A stretch of 13,484 nucleotides of DNA from Zygophlyctis sp. KS116 (taxonomy: Eukaryota; Fungi; Chytridiomycota). The stretch is from the NCBI GenBank assembly GCA_054661495.1, contig BAAFSQ010000270.1, forward strand, positions 1 to 13,484, given 5' to 3'. Every line of letters starts with the position of its first letter. Position 1 is the first letter of the stretch. The translations under genes and the position numbers were made by a program. The notes beneath the pieces are model-generated. The model was not told the DNA's origin and ran no database searches. It saw only the letters and a list, made by a program, of their open reading frames with translations. This document shows, piece after piece, positions 1 to 8,657 of this stretch.

Positions 1-99
1 CTCCTCTATAATATGTAAAATGGCAGACAGTCTAAGTACAGTCCCAGGAAGCTTAGATAGCTCTCCTGAGTAAACTTAATCAACTGAATCTTGGCGTTT

Positions 100-885
100 T
101 AAATTGATTAAGTCATAGGGTTAACTTCAAGGTTAAGGCGGTGAAAGATTTAGAAACACAAGTAAATGATATGTTCATCAGCAACTACTCATATACAGAC
201 TGCGAAGTATGCATGAAATGAAAGCCAAGACAACACGCTCATCATTTAAAGTAAAAAATGATGAGCGTGTTGTATACTATCTGGAGAGTCATTAGCCATG
301 GACTTAGGATTTATTGACGGAAGACCTTACTTAGCAATAACTGATGAGTTCTCTTGATGCTCAAAGATTTGGAGTTTAGGGAGGAAATCAGAGGCGCCAG
401 ATCTCATAATACAACATATTGAGTGGATCAAAAATCAATTCAACTATAAGGTCAAAAGATTGATTACAGATGGTGTAACCGAGTTCATAAACGTCACTTT
501 GAAGGGTTATTGTGATAAAAATGGATTAGTCATTAGCAAGTCAATGCCTTACACCCCAGAGCAAAATGGGATAGCGGAAAGAAAGAACAGAACATTAAAA
601 GAATGTGCACGAAGCGTCTTAATAGACAGTGGGTTAGGCATCGAATATTCGATGGACGCCATGTTATTTGCTACATTCATAAGGAACAGAAGTCCACGGA
701 AGGAGGCGGGTAAAACAGCAATTGAACTATTCACAGAAAAAAGGCCATCTTTCAAGTATATTCGTCCGTTTGGTTCTACGTGTTAGGTCTTAAAACACTG
801 GATCCCAAAGCAGTCAAGGGGATTATGAGAGCTCACATGGATAATGGTTACTTAGTCAAGATGGTGGACAAGAAACGTATAGAAT
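100..885 (+). pseudogene. Ty1/copia pol remnant: GAG-pre-integrase zinc motif and integrase core
   Basis: Manual translation gives LSHRVNFK...DCEVCMK (~109-218), then MDLGF...AITDEFS...KRLITDG.TEF...PYTPEQNGIAERKNRTL (D,D35E-type core, ORF 460..786) and IRPFG...LDPKAVKG. Stops and frameshifts present; boundaries approximate. Confidence 0.92.
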
Positions 886-1269
886 CTGCTCATGTGAAAT
901 TTCCCAAGAATACTGATCAAACTGGTAAAGAGAGTGATAATACTGAGGGAGAAAAAGAGGGAAAGGCGGATATCCGGGAGAAAAAAGAAGTAGCGGAAAC
1001 TTATTCAGATATATTTTTTGAAGAAGAAGAAGACAAAAGTAAATGTAAAGGTGAAGACAGTGAAAAAGAATCATTAAAAACACCAAGTAAAAGAAGAGAG
1101 GAAAAGGCACCGAACCAAAATCAACAAAGTGGAGTTATAAACCAGTCAATGATGGCGAAAAGGCTGATCAGGATATAAACGGCGATGTTGATGAATCAAA
1201 TATGCTTGGGGATCTACATGAGAGGAAAACAAGATCTCAAGCTCAGGCGAATAATGTGCAAAGAATTAA

Positions 1270-2310
1270 AGAAGAAGACCCATTAACTTATAAGGATGCA
1301 TTACTAAGTAAAAACAAGGAGAATTGGTTACTTGCAGTACAGAAAGAATTAAATGCATTAATTCAAAATGAAACGTTTGGGGAGGCACAGGATCTACCTA
1401 AGGATGCAAGACTGTTGGTGCTAGGTGTGTATTTAAGACAAAATATAATACAACCGGTAACATAATTAAACACAAAGCGAGAATAGTAGCTAAGGGCTAC
1501 ACTCAAAGAGAAGACATCGATTATGATTTGATATTTGCAGCAGTTGTTTCAATTGTTGGGATAAGGATATTATTATCAATATCCATGAAATTAGGTCTTA
1601 AATTGAGAAAATTGGACGTCTCAAACGCATATGTAAACTCAGAATTAGACAAGGAGATTTATATTGAAATACCTGAAGGTTATGAAAGAGAGTACTTAAA
1701 GGGTCAAGTTTTGTTACTAGAAAAGGCCTTGTATGGATTGAAACAATCGGGTTACTTATGGAATCAATTATTAACCAAGGTGTTTAGGATGGGATTTGTC
1801 AAGACGCGTTTGAACCATCTTTATTTGTTAGACGAGGAAATGGATTACAAATTCTAGCTGTATATGTAGATGATATTATATTGGCAACTCAATCAGATGA
1901 GGAGGCAGTGGAGATAGAACGAGCTATAGAATAAGAATTCAAAATTACGAAAGGAGACATATTGGGAATAAAAATCGACGAGAAAGAAGATAGTATCATG
2001 CTTAACCAAAAACAATACATTGAAGATAAGACGAAATTGTTTGAACTAGAATATGCAAGAAATGTTAGTGCGCCAATGGAACACGGTTTTAAGGCAGTTG
2101 AGAGTGATAGAGTAGTAGGAAAGAACAATTTAAAAATCATAGGAACATTAGGATATGCTGCAAAGACAACTAGACCCGATATACAATTTGCTTATTCATA
2201 CTTATCCAGATTTGCAAGTAATCCGACAATGGCACATTTGAACGCGGCTAAAAGAGTGTTAAATTATTTAAATTGGACTAAAGATTTAAGTTTGGAATAT
2301 AAAAGGAAGG
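1270..2310 (+). pseudogene. Ty1/copia reverse transcriptase (RVT_2-type), frameshifted
   Basis: DPLTYKDAL...W..AVQKEL, KARIVAKGYTQRE.IDY, LDVSNAYVN, KALYGLKQSG..WN, catalytic YVDD at 1863-1874, TRPDIQFA..YLSRF, AAKRVLNYL. Split across ORFs 1202, 1528 and 1962. Confidence 0.95.
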
Positions 2311-2800
2311 AAATACGATCGGAGCAAATTCGATGGGAACTGTAACAACTGTGGAAAGCCAGGCCACAAGAAAGTCACCTGTTGGGCTGAAGGTGGAGGA
2401 CAGGCCGGAAAAGGACCTCGCTCTAAGAAAAGTGAAGCAAATTACGGAAATGGTAAAGGCCAAAGATATGCATTAAACATTGAACGTGGGCAAAGACCGG
2501 AGACAGAAGGTCTAATATTGGATTCTGGTTGCTCGGATCATATGATTGGAGATTCACAACAGCAACAGATCACAGACATCGAGGAAATAGATGAAATTTC
2601 AGTGCGATTGGCAGATAACTCGATCAGAAAGGCGACGCAAAGAGGCAAGCTACAGATTATAAATGCAACTGGAGACACAGTAGTATTACAAAACACTCTG
2701 ATAGTACCAGGATAGTACCAGGTTAGTACAAGGGCTTGTATCAGTATCAAGATTGACTGAAAAGGGATGCAATGTAGCGTTTGTCAAAGGAGCAGCTGAA
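2311..2800 (+). pseudogene. Ty1/copia gag zinc knuckle plus aspartic protease block, out of normal domain order
   Basis: One open frame 2311-2715: KFDGNCNNCGKPGHKKVTCWAEGGG (CX2CX4HX4C at 2341-2382) then LILDSGCSDHM. After an 11-bp tandem duplication (atagtaccagg, 2701-2722) it continues as LVSVSRLTEKGCNVAF. Confidence 0.9.
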
Positions 2801-2804
2801 ATAG

Positions 2805-3120
2805 GTTCAGCGTGTGAAGCTGAGATATATGCAGGAGAACCTGATTTGGATCAAAGGAATTATCGAAGATTTGGGATTCGCGGTTAATGACACGATTAAG
2901 ATACATGAAGACAATCAAACTATGATAAGACTAAGTGAAAATGAAGCTTTAAACGAAAGATCAAAACATATAAGTGTTATATTAAATTTCATCAGATATC
3001 ATGTAAGACAGAAGAACGTGGAATTAAACTACATTGAATCAGAAAGAAATATTGCGGATACGTTTACAAAAGCGTTGGGAGGTAGTCAGTATGAAAGACT
3101 CAGAAATCAAGTCTTGCAGC
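2805..3120 (+). pseudogene. Ty1/copia RNase H, C-terminal part only
   Basis: SACEAEIYA, then WIKGIIEDLG...IHEDNQ...ERSKHI...FIR...NIADTFTKAL. The N-terminal catalytic segment (DADW.../RKST-type motif) is absent. Confidence 0.92.
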
Positions 3121-3132
3121 ATTCGGATGGAG

Positions 3133-3278
3133 TGTGGGAAGGAATGCAACAACCTTGATCTATATTCAGACATAAGATCTATATTTAGGAATTCTATATT
3201 TAGACATGGACTATAAATAGGGGTTTCTATAAATGAATTATACATCTGAAAAAGATAAAATCTGTTGAGCTAACAACA
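3133..3278 (+). mobile_element. Putative copia LTR between pol end and the next gag
   Basis: Starts TG just after the purine-rich ggatggag following RNase H, contains TATA-like ctataaatag, ends at an aaca, and is followed by a copia gag ATG at 3320. No second copy in the window, so the ends are approximate. Confidence 0.55.
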
Positions 3279-3319
3279 GATTAACAGTCGAAAGAAAGAA
3301 AGAAAGTCGAAACAAAACA

Positions 3320-3499
3320 ATGAAAGCAGAAGAGATTAAGAAGTTTAACGGAACTAACTGGTACGAGTTTGAGTCCGATATGATGTACTACTTGATGGCC
3401 AAGAAATTATGGCAAGTAGTGATGACGAAGGATAAGATTGGCTGTAAGACATTGGACTCTGAGGATGGTGAAGCCGAAGCACTAGGGTTAGGTTATTAG
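3320..3499 (+). pseudogene. Ty1/copia gag N-terminus, truncated (59 aa; not in the ORF track)
   Basis: MKAEEIKKFNGTNWYEFESDMMYYLMAKKLWQVV...EAEALGL matches the copia gag N-terminal pattern (KF.G.N...M..YL....LW..V). Confidence 0.82.
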
Positions 3500-3520
3500 G
3501 TTATCTAGGTGTTCATGGTC

Positions 3521-3566
3521 ATATTTAGAGAATATATTTAGTGAATATATTTAGAGAAGATATTTA
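3521..3566. repeat. 13-bp tandem repeat ATATTTAGAGAAT, about 3.5 copies
   Basis: Units start at 3521, 3534, 3547 and 3560 (partial), with single substitutions. Confidence 0.85.
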
Positions 3567-4115
3567 ATAAATGCGTGGTATTTATTCTGTCCTGTGACTT
3601 TTGAAAATGAATATTTTTATTAGAAAATATAAATAAATTTTTTTTAGACACGACTCGCTGTGACTCATGACTAAGAAAACTTACGCTGAGTCACGGACTG
3701 GAAAATTTTATCTAGGAAAATTTCTCTTCTCCATAGGATAATTTGCGGATAATTTTACCTCCAGTCACATATTTTTTTGCAAACTAGAAGAGTAGAATAA
3801 TCATACATAAACTAAACTAGAAAATATTAAACTAAGAAAATATTTATTGATTTCGCTGACGCTTTTTTCGTGCATCTATCCAAGTAGCTATAGAACGACC
3901 ATCCCGCTCCAGTTCCAAAGCTTCAATCGCATTTTCTAAAGTTTTAGTCTCCAGTCCTTTCTCTGTTGCAGACAGTCAACCGGCAAGCTTTTCGCCTGAT
4001 AAGCCCCAGTCAAAGCAGAATCGAGAACCCAATAAACCATTCTTTCAATTCGTGATTGGTCGACCATTGCATATGCCAAATATATGGCACCACGAGCTCG
4101 TCCTACGTGCGTGAC

Positions 4116-4142
4116 CTTTAATTATTAACTTTTTTGAGTTAC
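4116..4142 (-). other. 27-nt spliceosomal intron in the Crypton ORF
   Basis: GTAAC...TTAATAATTAAAG; contains an in-frame TAA; removal joins K|VTHVGR, the conserved K.TH..R motif. Confidence 0.78.
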
Positions 4143-4229
4143 CTTATTACAAGATATTTTAAAAGCTTCATATGCTTTTTTGATTAATTCTCTTTGTTTG
4201 GTATAAGTTTTTTCTTTCATACCATGTCC

Positions 4230-4258
4230 CTTAATATTAATTCATTTATTTCTCTTAC
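4230..4258 (-). other. 29-nt spliceosomal intron in the Crypton ORF
   Basis: GTAAG...TTAATATTAAG; removal restores the frame LLK|GHG. Confidence 0.75.
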
Positions 4259-4574
4259 CTTCAACAAGAATGTATTATACCAGTTTGCTCGCTCGGATAA
4301 AACCGGCCGTTGTTCCTTCTGGACATGAAAACGGTATAACAGGTGCAACGCGATAGCACTAATAGCACACAACTCGATGTCTTTATGTCGTTTTATTAAA
4401 GAAAAGAATCAACGTTACCTTAGCATACCTACCATCAGTGTCATTCTCTGCACTTGGCAGCCATACGCTGAACGAAATATGTTTTAGAATGAAGAAATAT
4501 TTTATCTTCAGTAATGTTTATAATTAAACAATTGAACCTTTAGTCGACAGATAATGAATTAGGGTTAAGAAATA

Positions 4575-5886
4575 TTGAACGAGCTGCAACTTGGGTAGAT
4601 AAAAATGAAGATTTTTTATCGATGCAACATATCTTTCAATGTGTTGGAATCTATTGCTTTTAAAAAATGATGATCTCAGGCAGTCCAGCGTTCGCAGGTT
4701 TGATTCCGACAGCAAAGCAATTAGGTGAAAGTAATTGGAATAAATGCAATCGAAATTTAAAACTTTAGGAATGAATATTTTGCTCTTCGGTCTGAACATC
4801 TTGTCAACTATATTATAATTGTGCCGAATTCCAAACCATTTTTTTACAGATCAGTGGATACAAGTGGAATAAAGTAAACCTTAGAAACTATTGCCAAGGA
4901 CATCATAGCAGTAACTGAACTGAGGAAATCGGCCCCCAAAAACTAGTATCAGTTGTCACTTATCATGCAAGTAATATGAGAGGTAATTTTGTTACAAATA
5001 AAATCTTTACAAGCCAGTGATAAAAATACGCCTCAAACACAAGTGAGTGCAGAGTTGGATGAAAAGCTCAACCTTCTATATTTAGATATCTATTTATAGA
5101 TCTATTTATAGAATCTGGTATAAAAGAGCTGCCGAGAGTACTTATAGCTTAATTTGTTTTTCTGAAAATATAAAGGAATCTCAATTCTTTCTTCTTCATT
5201 ACCTTGATTTTAACAAATTTATTATTTATTCACCTACCTGGGAGCGTGGAAAATAATCGAGGAAAAGTTACCCAATGTCAAATTAAAATTGCCAACATTT
5301 CTTGATTCTATTTCTGTTGTTAATATTATAAGAGGAAGGTGTCATTTGCTGTCTAAATTTAGAGAGTTAAAGCTTCCTTTAAATATAAAGAGATTTATTT
5401 CTCTCCCAGTTCCCACACGTTGGTATACTAAATTTAACTCTATATCAAATTTATTTGATAAAAAGAGATGTGTCAAGGACTAAAATACTTGCAGAATTAT
5501 TAGAGAATGACAAGTAGATCAATTTATCACGTTTTCTTTCAGGAAGATTACGCCTTAGTAGAGCATGTAAATAATCGCTGGAATTTTCTTCATACACAGT
5601 GTATGGGAATGGCTTACGTATTGAATCCTGCAAATATTGACCAATCTACGGTAGGGAACGATAGAGAAGGACTCTATCAAACTATTAATTAACCATATAT
5701 AAATTGTTAATGACGAGGAGAAACAACTCAATGCATAGGGAACTGATTGATCTTTGGAATAGCTTTCGTACTGGGGGCATTGAATTCTATGATTCAGGAC
5801 AAAGCGAAAGGTTATTGGATCCTCTATGGATGTGTAAAATATGCGCTCTTGCGGAAAATAGCCACTTAATTATATAGTGTACCAAT
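4575..5886 (+). pseudogene. hAT-superfamily transposase remnant (DUF659-like), heavily deleted and interrupted
   Basis: FYRCNISFNVLES.AFKK, EHLVNYIIIVPNSKPFFY..VDT, EIGPQKLVSVVT.HASNMR, AWKIIEEKLP, LPVPTRWY, RWNFLHTQCMGMAYVLNP, YW...G...Y.LLRKIA..LYSVP. It stops just before the expected S/T-SA.SER motif of the dimerisation domain. Confidence 0.85.
5018..5232 (+). mobile_element. LTR-like non-coding insert inside the hAT transposase
   Basis: Separates the adjacent hAT motifs SNMR and AWKIIEE; has TG...CA ends, three CTA(W)4TAG sites and TATAAAAG at 5119-5126. No target-site duplication found. Confidence 0.45.
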
Positions 5887-5894
5887 TTAGGGTT

Positions 5895-6279
5895 ATCTCC
5901 AAGGAAGCCCTTGCATTAGCTCTGGAGAATACGCGGATTGAGTTGGGCATCGTCAACGAAAGGTGGGCAGTAATCAGCCATATAAACAGTCTTGTCGAAC
6001 TAAAAGTTGAATAGTTACAGAAGAAAAAGATGTCCGTACCGTAAACTGGAATCAAGATTGACAACTGTTAAAGAAGAACTTAACGCTCGTATTATAAATT
6101 TACTCCAGGGAACAGAGGATGCTGATGGAAGGGCTACTTATTATAATTCCCTTCTACTTGTATCAAATTTTGAACTCCATGGTGCCTGTTCTGAAGCACA
6201 AAATCTGCCTGTAAATCAAGAACAAGCGACGCAGCATGAGAGAAAAATAAACCCTCGAGTTAAAGTCATTGTCCGATGA
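5895..6279 (+). pseudogene. Unassigned coding-like remnant, helical or coiled-coil composition
   Basis: ISKEALALALENTRIELGIVNERWAVISHINSLVELKVE*LQKK then, in another frame, KLESRLTTVKEELNARIINLLQG. No family recognised. Confidence 0.3.
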
Positions 6280-6464
6280 TTTAGATTTCGTCATTCTTGT
6301 ATACTTATTACTCATTTTTAAGTCTTTAATAACTAAAATGTATGCTGATGTTTTTTGAATAAATTCTTTATTACCTGATGTTTTAGAAGAAAAAATAAAA
6401 CATCAGTGTGGTACAGTCTTGCTTATAATGTCATCATGTGAACCTAAAGAATCATATTTTAACT

Positions 6465-6725
6465 CTCCCCCTGAAGATGAAGACCGAATTTAAATAAGCA
6501 TGTACAAAGTAAATGTCTACTAATATGGTATTTGACTTGAATATGTTTGTACTTTTATGGTCTTGAGGATTCCTCGAGTGTGCTATACACACTTGATTGT
6601 CTTCATACATAGTAATAGACTATTGCTCTATTCCAAGATCCATCAATAATTGTTTATTCCATAGTCCTTATTAGCAGCGGATACTGCAGCATAGTTCTCT
6701 GACTCAGCAGCTGATTGCGTATGGT
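6465..6725 (-). pseudogene. Ty1/copia RNase H C-terminal fragment with polypurine tract
   Basis: Minus strand: QSAAESENYAAVSAA...LW.KQLLMDLG...ITMYEDNQVCIA...NPQDHK..KHIQVKYH. PPT-like AGGGGGAG at 6465-6472 is followed by AGTT (TGTT would be expected at an LTR start). Confidence 0.85.
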
Positions 6726-6801
6726 AGTACTAGGAAATCGATTAATAGGGTTATTTCAGTTAATAATTTTTTTTTATCTTTTAGAGTTTCATCTATTACA
6801 T

Positions 6802-6825
6802 TGGTGGAGAACGCCGGCATCGATC
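6802..6825 (+). promoter_or_regulatory. Primer-binding site of the gypsy element, complementary to a tRNA-Ala 3' end
   Basis: TGGTGGAGAACGCCGGCATCGATC lies 1 nt after an LTR-type end (...TTACA, 6800). Its reverse complement GATCGATGCCGGCGTTCTCCACCA resembles the eukaryotic tRNA-Ala T-arm, acceptor stem and CCA. Confidence 0.85.
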
Positions 6826-6882
6826 AAAACAAGAAGAAAAATTTTAAAAGGTCCAAAAAAGTATTAAAACGAGAGAGGAAAA

Positions 6883-7716
6883 ATGCCTCCAAGAAAAAGT
6901 AAAAATAATGCTGCTTCCGGAACTACTGCTGGTATATCAGTTGCGGAGGGTTAGATCAGGTTGAATATTTAGCACCCCCTGAGGTCGCTGTGTTAACGAT
7001 CGTACCAAATTCCGCTGTTCAGAGCTCTACAGTACTTGCCCACAAGCCACTCAGGTCCGCTAACTGTTTCCCGTCTTACAGATCAGGGACTAATGCATAT
7101 AAATGGATTCAAGATATTACTTCTGCTTTTTACAGAAATAATATTATCAAAGTTGTTGACGGATCTCTTGCCAAACCGGCTGATTCTTTGATTTGCTGAA
7201 TCTGTTCTTATACTAGGATCATGGCTTGAAGGGGATACTCTTCGTTGGTATTTTAACGAGAAAAAGAAAGAAGAAACTCGGGAGTGGACATTTGACCTTT
7301 GGCTAGATCAATTACTTGAATCGTTTCCCGTTGCATCTACATCCCAAGAAAGTGAATATACAGTGTTTGGACTTGCTTGTTTACATCCTCAAGTAGATGA
7401 ATCTATAATGCAGTTCCACGTTCGATTTAACTCATACTTAAAAAAGATAGAAAAGAATATGTACACTGAAGGACTTATTAAAGACTGCTATTTAAAGACA
7501 CTTCGTACACATCGAGAACAGCTTTGGATGTTGATTGCAACAAATCCAACCTTAGCAAAATTAGATCAACTAATGAGGGAAGCTCTTCGTCTAGATAAGG
7601 TTCTCCAAGTGAGAGGAAAATCACAAGATCCTAAAGTAGAATTGATTCAGGATGACCCCTTCAAAGCCAAACTTTCTGATGAATCTCAGAAAATACAAGA
7701 TCTAGAAAAGCAACTA
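6883..7716 (+). pseudogene. Ty3/gypsy gag, 5' part
   Basis: Starts MPPRK downstream of the PBS; FPSY...NAYKWI, WLEGDTLRWY...W...LLESFP, Q.DESIMQFHVRF (retrotransposon capsid pattern). Ends QDLEKQL at the TA preceding the pogo TIR. Confidence 0.85.
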
Positions 7717-7745
7717 CCGTAATTCCGATGGCCTAACGAACGCGT
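7717..7745. repeat. 29-bp pogo terminal inverted repeat (3' end of the element)
   Basis: CCGTAATTCCGATGGCCTAACGAACGCGT preceded by TA (7715-7716); identical copy at 11043-11071. Confidence 0.9.
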
Positions 7746-7796
7746 TGGCGAAAAGAACAATTCCTTAAAAAATTTAAGGTAAAAGAATTACTTAAA

Positions 7797-8131
7797 ATGG
7801 ACTTCTCCCCTTCTGCCCAAGCGAGTCTCCTAATAGTGGGACTTAATAATCATAATTCGAATAACCAAAAAAATAATGTTGTGGCATTAAAGCCTGATAT
7901 TTTCTTAATGAAGATGGAAAAAATGAGTATTGTCTAAAGGTATTTGAAATCCGGGATGGAGTGGAAACTGAATTAATAGGCTATGTAGCTAGAGAATTTC
8001 TTCAATTAAGGGGAATCTATGAGAATAAATTGGCACAAGTAACCAAATTATATAGCGATTCAAGTAACTCACAAGAAAAGATGGTCTGTGCTCAAAGAAA
8101 TGGAGTTTGTCTTTGTAGATTAATAAATTAA
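7797..8131 (+). pseudogene. Second ORF inside the pogo element (~111 aa if one frameshift near 7900 is repaired); possible HIRAN-like domain
   Basis: MDFSPSAQASLLIVGLNN...VVALKPDIF / LNEDGKNEYCLKVFEIRDGVETELIGYVAREFLQLRGIYENKLAQVTKLYSDSSNSQEKMVCAQRNGVCLCRLIN*. The frame 7898-8131 is stop-free. The fold assignment is inference. Confidence 0.6.
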
Positions 8132-8133
8132 AT

Positions 8134-8654
8134 TCAATAATAACCACATTTCTCAAAAGTCTTGCGAATTGAATCTTCTGAAACTTCTTTAAAGCTTTCT
8201 GTTATCCAGAACGATAATTGCTGCCTTGTTATTTCCTTCCCATTTTGGACATTATCAGTCTCCATCATGAATTTCACCCAATATCTTTTTAAATAATCTT
8301 TAAAGGGCTTATTCACTCCAACGTCCAGCGGTTGTAACCGCGAAGTTGAACCCCCTGGCAAAATACTGACAATGCATGAAAGAGAGCGTATTGCCTTTAA
8401 TACATCAGGAACTTTATGAGAGGTATAATCATCCATAATAACATGAGAAATTCCTGGGTTTTGAGCAAGATATGGTTTTAAAACTAGATTTACCCATTTG
8501 AGCATTGATTCTGAATCATTCCAAGCTGCAGGTTGAAAACAATACCTGGCATTTGGAGCGTATCCATTTCCTATTGTGGCCTTTTTTTCATTTGTTTTTC
8601 CTACTTATTTAACCTTGAAGATATCCTACCAGGCTGTCCTTTAAATATAATCAG
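8134..8654 (-). pseudogene. pogo-like (Tc1/mariner superfamily, DDE_1) transposase, C-terminal half, DD35D
   Basis: LIIFKGQPG...Q.AAWND...W...VIMDDYTSH...LPGGSTSRLQPLDVGVNKPFKD...IRKTFEKCG; 35 residues between the second and third catalytic Asp. Confidence 0.93.
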
Positions 8655-8657
8655 TCT

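Larger units (their letters stand above)
3844..4470 (-). pseudogene. CryptonF-type tyrosine recombinase transposon remnant (NDC10_II-like YR domain and GCR1_C-like tail), spliced and internally deleted
   Basis: After removing two introns the minus strand reads RHKDIELCAISAIALHLLYRFH...E.RP....NWYNTFLLK|GHGM...KKAYEAFKISCNK|VTHVGRARGA...SRIERM.YW..DSALTGAY..KSLP (H-x-x-R and Tyr motifs). A deletion follows, then ENAIEALELERDGRSIATWID, with stop at 3844-3846. Confidence 0.85.

Noticed and set aside
503-509. AGGGTTA at 503 and other partial GGGTTA/TAACCC words (near 631, 9483, 12974)
   Set aside because: They lie within uninterrupted coding motifs and are not counted as junction scars.
549-2750. 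Minus-strand ORFs 549..755, 856..1110, 1889..2140, 2278..2463 and 2538..2750
   Set aside because: Antisense shadows of copia coding sequence with no motifs of their own.
3290-3306. (GAAA)4 run upstream of gag
   Set aside because: Short purine-rich microsatellite with no supportable function.
4524-4799. 91-aa minus-strand ORF (also 5451..5633 and 5870..6064)
   Set aside because: Antisense to the hAT remnant or other + strand coding-like sequence.
6802-6825. tRNA gene on the minus strand
   Set aside because: Only the 3'-terminal 24 nt including CCA are present, next to an LTR end; this is a PBS.
8581-8613. Possible short intron in the pogo transposase
   Set aside because: The GT-AG candidates (33 or 24 nt) do not repair the frame between IIFKGQPG and ATIGNGY, so an intron is unsupported.
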